Shown: piece after piece, positions 11,467-20,944 of the stretch
Numbering within the stretch: the first letter of the stretch is position 1
Layout: each line of letters begins with the position of its first letter
DNA from: Azolla caroliniana
Lineage: Eukaryota; Plantae; Polypodiophyta
NCBI GenBank assembly: GCA_043228905.1
Contig: JBHGNT010000011.1
Coordinates: 8,432,001-8,496,000 of the forward strand
Reading direction: 5' to 3'
DNA length: 64,000 nucleotides
Notes under the pieces: generated by a model
Databases searched by the model: none
What the model was told of the DNA's origin: nothing
Seen by the model: only the letters and a program-made list of their open reading frames with translations
Translations under genes and position numbers: made by a program

Positions 11467-13145
11467 TGTGTGCGGAATAGGGCTTGGCCACAACTGAGAC
11501 TCAAACACTTGATGAAAGAACAAAATAGAAATAGAGGATCGTACACTTACACAGAAGAGACGACACAAGATGTTTACGTGGAAAACCCTAATAGGGAAAA
11601 AACCACGGGAGCCCACAGACTCCAACTATCACTATACGAGAAAGGAGGTACTACAAGAGACTTAGAGGCAATGACCTTGAGCTCTGTATCTTCGCCTACC
11701 GGCGGTTTCATACAGGAATGGTAGGCCACATTCTTTGCAAGGTGGATGACACTTTGACTATCGCAGTAGAGCCGGAATTCCTCCTGCAAGATTCCAAGCT
11801 CTCTAGTAAAGTCCTTCATCCAGATTATTTCCTTTCTAGCTTCCACAGCTACCATGTACTCCGCGTTCGTTGTTGACAATGCAACGGACTTCTGCAGCCT
11901 CGACTGCCATGATACGGCTCCCCTTGCATAAGTCAAGACATATCCGGATATAGACCAGCTGGTATCCACATCATCCAACATATCCGAATCCGTAAATCCA
12001 TCCAGTAGGGGTTTACCGGAGCCGAATCGGAGGCACTTACTCGGGGTTCCTTTCAAATACCGGAGTATCCACTTGACCGCGTTCTAGTGCTCTCTTCCCG
12101 GATTACTCATGAACCAGTTCACTACTCCGACAGTGTATCCAATATCTAGCTAGGTGCACGCCATTGCATACATTAAACTTCCGACGGCAGAGGCATATGG
12201 TATCTTCATCGTATCCGACTTCTCTGCCTTTGTCTTCGGGCTCTACTTTCCAAACAACTTGCAATTTGTCGGAAGTGTTGATCCGACCGGTTTCGCATCC
12301 GACATGTTGAACCGTTTAAGCACCTTTGTCACGTAATTCTCTTGTGACAGCCATAGAAATTTCTTCGATTTGTCCCGGGATATGTGCATCCCCAGTATCT
12401 GTCTCACAAGACCCAAATCTTTCATTGAGAAGGTCCAGTTCAAAGCCTTCTTCATATTTTCGATTTTGGTTCGGTCTGGTCCGACGATCAACATGTCATC
12501 TACATACAGTAGGAGTATTTGGAAGTCACCTCTATCAAATTTCTTCACGAACACGCAGTGGTCGGCTTGAATCTTTTGGTACCCTTGGTCGATCATGAAG
12601 GAGTTGAACTTCCGGTACCATTTCCGGGGAGCTTGCTTCAATTCGTATAAGCTCTTCTTCAGCCAACATACCAGGTGCTCCTTCCCTTTCTTCACAAACC
12701 CTTCCAGTTGCTACATATAGATTTCTTCTTCGAGGCCACCATGGAGGAATGTCGTTTGGACATCTAGTTGCTCTATCGCAAGGTCAATGCTTGTTGCTAT
12801 GCTCAGCACCATCCGGATGGATGTCATCTTTACAACCAGGGCAAAGATTTCATCGAAATCCACACCTTTCTTTTGTTGGAACCCCTTCACCACAATCCAA
12901 GCTTTGTACCTTGGTGGATTTCCGGCGTCTCCCGGCTTCAACTTGTACACCCACTTGTTCTGGAGTGCTCTCTTTCCTTTCGGCAGCTCCGTCAATTCAT
13001 ATATGTGGTTCTCATGCAGGGAATCCATCTCATCCTGCATGGCACTTAACCACTTGCGGTTGTGGGTGTCTTTCCTTGCTTCATCGAAGCTTTCCGGCTC
13101 CCCCTCGTTGGGAAGCAACACTTGCTCCAGATTAGGAAATCTCCG
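11467..13145 (-). mobile_element. Copia D (Tork/Tnt1-like), piece 1: truncated 3' LTR (about 11467-11708), RNH and RT
   Basis: The LTR remnant resembles F/G LTR ends (GATGTTTACGTGGAAAACCC). Minus-strand ORFs 11574-12056, 12243-12695 (LLYVDDML) and 12711-13121. Confidence 0.85.
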
Positions 13146-13155
13146 TACACATCGA

Positions 13156-13658
13156 TGTTGAGAAGCAAGCTCAACATGGTATGTGATGCTTATGAGAAAT
13201 AAGCTATAGTAGCTATTTAGCTACTAGTGAACAAAAAGGTAAAACAGTTATTTAGCTATGGACAGCTAATTAGCGACTGAACAGCTATTTAGCTAGTGAC
13301 AGCTAATTAGCTAGTGAACAGCTATTTAGCGACTGACAGCTAATTAGCTACTGGCAGCTAATTAGCTGCATGTGTAATAACTTATGACTTAGGTAAAAGT
13401 AAGTGAGAGTGAATAGGAAGTAAGTAGTAAGAAAAAACAGAGAATAGTGAGTAGAAAACTCTGAGAGAGAGTGAGAGACCAGAAGACTGACAAGAGCAAG
13501 TTGAGCTCTACATGTAATAGAAGAAAACCATTTTGCTACTACAGAGGTAAGTCCCCTTTCCTTTCTCTGTCTGTTTAGAGCACGCTAACGATCCAGCACA
13601 CTACGATCCGCCGCGCACATAAGAAGAGCTCGAGTGCCTTCTTCACGTTTTCTTAACA
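13156..13658 (+). repeat. 5' LTR of C
   Basis: TG..CA, direct repeat of 17382-17884. Confidence 0.97.
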
Positions 13659-13801
13659 TGGTATCAGAGCATAGTAGCTCGTAAGGAAGAGTATAGCAGT
13701 GCCTTAATCTGAGAAAGTTATTTCTCTGGTTGCTGATCAGAAATCAGAAAGTTACTTGTTGAAGTAACTAAAGCAAAACCCTGGTTTTTGGAAGGAAAAA
13801 A

Positions 13802-16800
13802 ATGGTTGCAGAGAATGTAGGCCAAATGGTCACAGAGAAATTAGATAAAAACAATTTCCCGGCGTGGAAATTCAGAATGACAAACTTTCTGATGGGGAAA
13901 GGATACTGGGATTACATTGAAGGAGACCTAGAAGAGGCTCCAGAGATCCCAGAAGAGAATGCAACAGCTGCACATATTAGGGCATTTAAAGATTGGAATC
14001 AAGGGGCAAGGAAAGTAATGCATTGGCTATCACTCAGCATCTCAGATTCAATGCTTGGGCATATACAAGATGCTATGCTCCCAAAAGAAGCTTGGGACAA
14101 CTTGGTAAAACTGTTTGCTGTGAACACAAAGGCTAGAAAGCTCCAGTTAAAGACTGAGCTAAATACCTTGGAGAAAGGTAAGATGTCAATAAATGAATAT
14201 GCCCTAAAAATCAAGAGTATATGTGAATCACTTGCTTCTATCAATGTGAAGATAGAAGATGATGACAAAGTGGAAATATGCTTAAGAGGCTTAGGACCTC
14301 AATACAAGAGTTTTAAAACTTCTATGCTCACAAGGGATAGTATCCCAAGTTTTTCAGATCTGGTCTCAATGCTTGTGGTAGAGGAAAGGAATCAGATGGA
14401 TGATGTAAATAAAGGAAATCTTGAGAATGAAGGGCAAGCCCTATATAATAGTGTTGGAAGAGGCCGAGGAAGAGGCCATGGAAGATTTGGCTCAGGAAGA
14501 ACCAATAATAATGGCTTTCAAGGAAGAGGACAACAAACCATTAGAGGAAGAAACAACAATAGAGGCAGGGGGAGCAACCGAGGTAGAGGTAAGCAAACTT
14601 ATGTAAATGATGATGGCTGCTGGTATTGTGGTAAACCAGGCCATACACAGGCTGAATGTTACAAGAAACAAAATGATGAGAAAAGAGGAAAAGGACAACA
14701 GAGTAACTATGCCTCTACTAGTGAAGATTGTGAAAAGGAAGGTGTTTTTGTAGTGCAACATGAGATAGCAGCAGTGGCTGAAAGCTCACAGAAATGTAAT
14801 GAAGAGTTTACGTGGTATGTAGACTCGGGGGCATCTAACCATATGACTGGACATGCAAATTGGTTTGAGAGTTTAAGAGAACCAGAGGTTCCTGGTTATG
14901 TACAAACAGGTGATGACACAACTCACCAAATAAAACATGTTGGAGATATCCCATTGTGGGAAGAAAGAGGAAAAACCAAGTATATGTTAAATGTGATGCA
15001 TGTTCCAAACCTTGCTAAGAATCTGATTTCTGTTGGACAGATTGTAGAGCAAGGTATGCAAGTGAAGTTTAAGCAAAGTGGATGCTATATAGAAAAGAAT
15101 GGGAAGCTCATTGCAAAAGGGAAGAGACAAGGAAGAATGTTTATCTTGGATGTAGAAATGCCCAAACAGATTTCAGCCATGTTTGCAAATGGAACGAGTG
15201 TAATCTCAGATGTGGAAATGTGGCATAAAAGGATTGGCCATATAAGTATGCAAACATTAAAGAATATGTTGAGAAAAGATGTAGTGGCTGGACTGCCAAA
15301 CTTGAAAAAGTGTGAAATGGGAAAAGTATGTGAAGCATGTCAATATGGTAAGCAAAACAGGTTGTCATTCCCTCATGAGAGACATGTTGGCAAAAATCTG
15401 TTGGATTTGGTACATACAGATGTATGGGGACCAACAAAGAATGCATCTATTGGTGGATGCAGATTTTATGTTACATTTATTGATGATTGTTCACGGAAGA
15501 CATGGGTGTACTTCATGAAGGAGAAAAGTGAAGTATTTGACTGCTTTCGTAAGTTTAAATGCATGGTAGAAAAGCAGGCTGGTACAAGGATAAAATGTTT
15601 GAGATCTGATGGAGGAGGAGAGTATTTCTCCAATGAATTTTCTGATTTTTTGTGTAATCAGGGAATAAGAAGACAGTTCACATGCCGATATACTCCACAG
15701 CAAAATGGAGTTGCTGAGAGGAAAAACAGAACTTTGGTGAACATAGCAAGGGCAATGATGACTGAGAAGAACATGCCATTATACTATTGGGCAGAAGCTG
15801 TAAATACAGCAAATTACATTTTAAATAGATGTATTACATCAGGAGTACATGAGGCAACTCCTGAAGAGTGTTTTTATGGCAGGAAGCCTAGCTTACAACA
15901 CTTGAAAGTGTTTGGATGCCTTGCATATGTACATGTGCCTACAGAAGTAAGAAGTAAGTTGGATCCAAAAGCAGAAAAATGTATCTTTGTTGGATATTCA
16001 GAAGAACAAAAAGGGTACAGATGTTATAACCCTGTGACTAAAAAGATTGTGACAAGTCGAGATGTGATATTTGATGAGTTGGCTAGTTGGTACAACCCAA
16101 AACAGAATCTAGAGACTGATGAAGACTGTCAAAATGAAGACAAAGACAGATCAGAAAATGTAGAAGACTGTCACAGAGATGGAGACAAGGTTGGACAGCA
16201 AAGTCCAACATCAACAGAATGTTCTGGACCATCAAAAAGCTCAGATGGTAAATCTGATTCAAATTCATGGAGTGGAAAAACTGGACAGAAAAAATCTGAT
16301 GACAAAAAAGGAAAACAGAAAATGCCAGAGTATGAAATCCCGGATGACCTATCAAAAAACATGGAAGATGATTTGATTATTGGAGGAGATTCCGTGGATG
16401 AAATAAGAAAGTTGAAAAAAAATCTGGAAATGCAGTTTCATATGAAAGATTTGGGAGATCTGAGATATTTTCTTGGTATTGAAATCATCAGATCTGAAAG
16501 TGGTATATGTATGTTGCAAAAACAGTATGCAACAACTATGTTGAAAAAGTATGGTATGCTTGGATGCAAACCTATTGCTATACCACTTGATAAAAACTGC
16601 AAGTTGAGGGCTGATTTGGGAGCCAAGATAGAAGATGTAAACATGTACAGGTCTATGGTGGGCAGCCTTATTTATTTGACTATAACAAGACCTGATTTGA
16701 GCTATGTTGTTGGATTAGTCAGCCAGTTTATGCAACAGCCAACAAAGCCACATTTGGACTGCATCAGAAGGATTCTGAGGTATGTAAAAGCAACTCAGAA

Positions 16801-17341
16801 CTTTGGACTATTTTACAGGGCTGATCTAGACATAAATCTGGAAGGATATACAGATGCTGATTGGGCTGGAAGCCAAACAGACAGGAGATCCACAAGTGGA
16901 TACATGTTTACCTTGGGAAGTGCAGGAATTTCATGGAGTAGCAAGAAACAGGCTACTGTTGCATTGTCCAGTACAGAAGCTGAGTATAGAGGGGCTGCAA
17001 TAGCCACATGTGAAGAAGTATGGATCAGAAGACTGCTTGCTGATCTGGGAATATATATAGATGGTGCTGTCACAATCTGGTGTGACAATATGAGCAGCAT
17101 TCAGCTTGCAAAGAACCCAGTGTTCCATGCAAGAACAAAGCACATTGAGGTGCATTATCACTTTGTTAGAGAAAAAGTGATGGAAGGTGAAGTTGATCTG
17201 GTGTATGTGAATACAAATCAGCAGGTTGCTGATATCCTTACGAAGGGATTGACTGTGAAAAAACATACACAGTTTCGGAACATGATGGGAGTTGTAAACA
17301 TTGATGAGATGGCTAAAAAGCAAAATGGAAAAGAAGATTGA
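13802..17341 (+). CDS. pol: Copia Gag-PR-IN-(truncated RT)-RNase H polyprotein, 1179 aa, uninterrupted
   Basis: Motifs present: CWYCGKPGHTQAEC, WYVDSGASNH, integrase HHCC and DDE (HTDVWGP, RSDGGGE, NGVAER), RNH (YTDADWAG, SSTEAEY, WCDN, ADILTK). RT N-terminal motifs are absent, and the YVDD position reads MEDD. Confidence 0.93.
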   Translation: MVAENVGQMVTEKLDKNNFPAWKFRMTNFLMGKGYWDYIEGDLEEAPEIPEENATAAHIRAFKDWNQGARKVMHWLSLSISDSMLGHIQDAMLPKEAWDNLVKLFAVNTKARKLQLKTELNTLEKGKMSINEYALKIKSICESLASINVKIEDDDKVEICLRGLGPQYKSFKTSMLTRDSIPSFSDLVSMLVVEERNQMDDVNKGNLENEGQALYNSVGRGRGRGHGRFGSGRTNNNGFQGRGQQTIRGRNNNRGRGSNRGRGKQTYVNDDGCWYCGKPGHTQAECYKKQNDEKRGKGQQSNYASTSEDCEKEGVFVVQHEIAAVAESSQKCNEEFTWYVDSGASNHMTGHANWFESLREPEVPGYVQTGDDTTHQIKHVGDIPLWEERGKTKYMLNVMHVPNLAKNLISVGQIVEQGMQVKFKQSGCYIEKNGKLIAKGKRQGRMFILDVEMPKQISAMFANGTSVISDVEMWHKRIGHISMQTLKNMLRKDVVAGLPNLKKCEMGKVCEACQYGKQNRLSFPHERHVGKNLLDLVHTDVWGPTKNASIGGCRFYVTFIDDCSRKTWVYFMKEKSEVFDCFRKFKCMVEKQAGTRIKCLRSDGGGEYFSNEFSDFLCNQGIRRQFTCRYTPQQNGVAERKNRTLVNIARAMMTEKNMPLYYWAEAVNTANYILNRCITSGVHEATPEECFYGRKPSLQHLKVFGCLAYVHVPTEVRSKLDPKAEKCIFVGYSEEQKGYRCYNPVTKKIVTSRDVIFDELASWYNPKQNLETDEDCQNEDKDRSENVEDCHRDGDKVGQQSPTSTECSGPSKSSDGKSDSNSWSGKTGQKKSDDKKGKQKMPEYEIPDDLSKNMEDDLIIGGDSVDEIRKLKKNLEMQFHMKDLGDLRYFLGIEIIRSESGICMLQKQYATTMLKKYGMLGCKPIAIPLDKNCKLRADLGAKIEDVNMYRSMVGSLIYLTITRPDLSYVVGLVSQFMQQPTKPHLDCIRRILRYVKATQNFGLFYRADLDINLEGYTDADWAGSQTDRRSTSGYMFTLGSAGISWSSKKQATVALSSTEAEYRGAAIATCEEVWIRRLLADLGIYIDGAVTIWCDNMSSIQLAKNPVFHARTKHIEVHYHFVREKVMEGEVDLVYVNTNQQVADILTKGLTVKKHTQFRNMMGVVNIDEMAKKQNGKED

Positions 17342-17381
17342 AGAGAACCTCAAGCAAGAATAAGTTGAGCTTGAGGGGGAG

Positions 17382-17884
17382 TGTTGAGAAGCAAGCTCAA
17401 CATGGTATGTGATGCTTATGAGAAATAAGCTATAGTAGCTATTTAGCTACTAGTGAACAAAAAGGTAAAACAGCTATTTAGCTATGGACAGCTAATTAGC
17501 GACTGAATAGCTATTTAGCTAGTGACAGCTAATTAGCTAGTGAACAGCTATTTAGCGACTGACAGCTAATTAGCTACTGGCAGCTAATTAGCTGCATGTG
17601 TAATAACTTATGACTTAGGTAAAAGTAAGTGAGAGTGAATAGGAAGTAAGTAGTAAGAAAAAACAAAGAATAGTGAGTAGAAAACTCTGAGAGAGAGTGA
17701 GAGACCAGAAGACTGACAAGAGCAAGTTGAGCTCTACATGTAATAGAAGAAAACCATTTTGCTACTACAGAGGTAAGTCCCCTTTCCTTTCTCTGTCTGT
17801 TTAGAGCACGCTAACGATCCAGCACACTACGATCCGCCGCGCACATAAGAAGAGCTCGAGTGCCTTCTTCACGTTTTCTTAACA
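17382..17884 (+). repeat. 3' LTR of C
   Basis: Follows the PPT and is followed by TSD ATCGA. Confidence 0.97.
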
Positions 17885-17889
17885 ATCGA

Positions 17890-18298
17890 TACATGTTAGA
17901 GCCCATACCATTATCTGCCATTCGAACCATTGCTTCCATGCAACTTAGCTCACATGCATTGCGATGTGAAACAGGGCGTTAGGGCACAAGTGATGAGAGT
18001 GGTCGGCTATGCACACTTTGCCCTAAACAAGTTTGCGAGTCTGAATATCACACTTTGATACAATGCTCTGCCTTTGATCATATTCGACCATGCTTTCCAC
18101 ATCTCTTCGACCGAGCCCAATCTTTGCATGAATTCCTCTCACAACCACAATGTGCACTCTCGATTGCAACATTCATTGGTAAAGTTCTTGAACATCGAGA
18201 GTCACTACTCACTTTCACACACATTACGTGAAATGTAATATTTTTGGTCTCATAGGTCATATTTGACCTCCGAAAACGATAATATAATCTATCTATCT
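17890..18298 (+). mobile_element. 5'-truncated non-LTR retrotransposon (LINE) 3' end; it starts at about 13146 and is split by C
   Basis: The plus frame reads IASMQLSSHALRCETGR*GTSDESGRLCTLCPKQVCESEYHTLIQCSAFDHIR, a LINE ORF2 C-terminal CCHC zinc-finger signature. A stop, a short 3'UTR and an (ATCT)n tail follow. Confidence 0.85.
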
Positions 18299-19245
18299 CT
18301 TTGAGAGGGTATCTTCGTCCTTGATTTCCGACTACCGGTTCCTCCATTTGCTCCTCATCTGAATCCGATTCAGGAGCTTGTCTGGTTCCGGTATCTTCTT
18401 CTTCTTCTTCGGTCAGTTTGGTTTCTTGTCCGAATCCGATCGGTTCGTCAAGTGTCAACCGGCTACTGGCTAACATCTGGTTCCCATCCGGGTAAGTCCT
18501 TGAATCCTCAAACCGGTTTTCATTGGATGATCAAGAGTCCATCATCCTCTTCTCCGACTCCTAGTCGGCAATGGTCTTGTCTTCCATAAAGACTATGTCA
18601 CGGCTCCGGAACACCTTCTTGTCGACCAAGTCCCACACTTGATAGCCGAACTCATCATCACCATATCCAAGGAATATGCATGGCTTGGACTTTGGATCCA
18701 ATTTTTCTCTCTTGTCCTTCGCTACATGCACGTAAACGAGACACCTGAACACCTTCAGATGCCGGTTGGACATGTCCTTACCGCTTCGTACTCTCCGCGG
18801 TGTGTCTCCATCCAAGGGTGTTAAGGGTGATCTGTTTATCACATAGGTTGTCGTCATCAACGCCTCAGCCCAAAACGTCTTGGGTAGGTTTGCATGTGCC
18901 AGCATGCTCCGGACTCTCTCCATCACTGTCTAGTTCATCCGTTCGGCCAACCCATTTAGTTCCGGCATCTTTGGCACAGTAACTTCGAGTTGGATTCCCT
19001 TCGATCGACAATACTCCTCGAACTGCCCCCGGTATTCTCCTCTGTTATCTACGCAAACCGCCTTTAGATTTCGGTCGGTTTCCCTTTCCACTCTCGTGTG
19101 GAGCTCCTTGAAGACGGACAACACTTGATCCTTCGTCTTCAACGGTGAGACCCATAGCTCCGGTTGTGGTCATCTATGAACATCACGAAGTGCTGCAATC
19201 CAGCATGTGACTTCGTGTCAACTTGACACACATTGGTATGCACTC
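18299..19245 (-). mobile_element. Copia D piece 2: integrase and IN-RT linker
   Basis: Minus-strand ORFs 18561-18926 and 18930-19142 are collinear with the E/F integrase. Confidence 0.88.
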
Positions 19246-20417
19246 GCTCTCTCTAGGTCTCATAAGTGCTCACACACACACACACATACACATACTCCTA
19301 CCGATGCATACACTCACTCTCCTTTCTTTACATGGTATTAGAGTATGTGATTTTTTTATCAAGACTAATTGACTATGGTGTTCTACACACCGATGATCAA
19401 CAGAACCGTTTCAAGAAACAGAGACGAAATCATCATGAATACTCAGATGGGAACTACTCTTCCTACGGAGAAGCTCGACGGGACAAACTTCGCATCTTAG
19501 GGGTAAAACATGCATCAGTACCTTGTCAGACAAGGATACTAGAGCTATATTGAAGGAGCTCACAAAACGCATCCCAACCCAGCACATGTCGACTATCCCG
19601 TTTGGAGCAAGCCGCAAGCCGTGTGTTGTATTGCCTTGCATCATGCGTACATGATCACATGCTCGGCTATATTCAAGAGACGACAACACCGAAAGAAGCG
19701 TGGGGCAATCTCAAGAAGATCTTCACGGCCAATACGGCTACCCGCCAGCTCCAGCTTCGTCAAGAGTTGAATGGCATTCAACAAAGGGACATGTCAATCG
19801 GCAGCTATGCCTTGAAGATCAAGGAGTTGTGTGATGCCCTCGGGTCGATCAATGTTGGCATTGACGATGAAGAAATGTTGCAGATATGCCTCAAAGGCTT
19901 GGCACCTCGATTCAGCGCAATAAGGTTCGCCGTCCTCGCAACAGAGAATCCTCCCACCTTTTTCGATCTCCAGTCAATATTGATGGTCGAGGAAAATCAC
20001 GCCCGGCAAAGGAGCAACGCACTAGAGGGTCAGATGCTCCACTCCCAGTTAGATGATAGAAGAAATTTCGGCCGTGGAAATAGAGGTCGATTCGGACAAG
20101 GCCGTCACGGTCAACAGACCCAAGAGCATAACTCCCACCAATGGCAAGCCAACAGGAACAATCCTAGTGAGTTCGGCAAAAGGGGGAGTCATCATGCTAG
20201 ACCAAGAAATCGTGATAACCCAATCAAATGTGGATACTCCAAAAAACTCAGTCACTACGAAGAGGAATGCCGAAAGAAGAAGTAAGAGTCGGCTTCAACC
20301 AACCGATAGCTCACGAACTACGCATCGAATTCTCACTATGACAATTGTAGTGGAATGTGTTGGGATTACGGTCCCTCCGGATGGGATGGTCAGATGTCCG
20401 GTAATCGGGAATGAAGA

Positions 20418-20550
20418 CCCGAATGAGGAGTACCCGGTATCGGAACCGGATGATGAAGACCCGGTTTCGGATCCGGATGATGAAGACCCGGTTTCGGATC
20501 CGGATGATGAAGACCCCGGCTACGGAGCCGGATGACGAATGTACCCGGAG
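20418..20550 (+). repeat. 27-bp tandem repeats (CCGGATGATGAAGACCCGGTTTCGGAT) in the U3 of the E LTR; second copy at about 25057-25189
   Basis: Directly visible: two exact units plus degenerate flanking units. Confidence 0.9.
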
Positions 20551-20944
20551 AGAGATCCGGATGCGGGGACATATTTGTGAATATGTTTGCCAAGGGCCCT
20601 CGAGGCTATATTTGTAAATAGCCCAAAAGTCATATGTGTATAAATATGACTTAGGGCAAACAGTTTTGTTGTTGTTGCTCATTTTTCTGTTTTCCACTTA
20701 GAGGGAGCGAAGTGAGAGCAGCCGAGAGAGAGAGTGAGAGAGAGACAGAAAGGAAGAGGTCGACGCCTCTGTGTAACACCGCCGCCTGTGGCGAGGACAG
20801 CGAGCTCAAGGTCGTCGCCTTGCAGCTCGCCATTGTACATTCCCTGCGTATAGTGATAGTTGGAGTCTTGCACTCCAGTGGTTTTTCCCGTCTAGGGTTT
20901 TCCACGCTAAACCCTGTGCAGCGGGCAGCAGCGGGCAGCCGGGG

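Larger units (their letters stand above)
13156..17884 (+). mobile_element. Young Ty1/Copia element C (4729 bp) with the RT core deleted
   Basis: 503-bp LTRs at 13156-13658 and 17382-17884 with 3 mismatches by manual comparison. TSD ATCGA at 13151-13155 and 17885-17889. PBS TGGTATCAGAGC at 13659-13670. PPT GAGGGGGAG. Confidence 0.97.

Noticed and set aside
13202-13368. CRISPR-like array of palindromic repeats
   Set aside because: The spacers are only 6-7 nt and repetitive, the array is duplicated in both LTRs, there are no cas genes, and the context is eukaryotic.
20053-20697. PDDEDPVSD-repeat and overlapping ORFs
   Set aside because: These are translations of 27-bp LTR repeats, duplicated in the other LTR.
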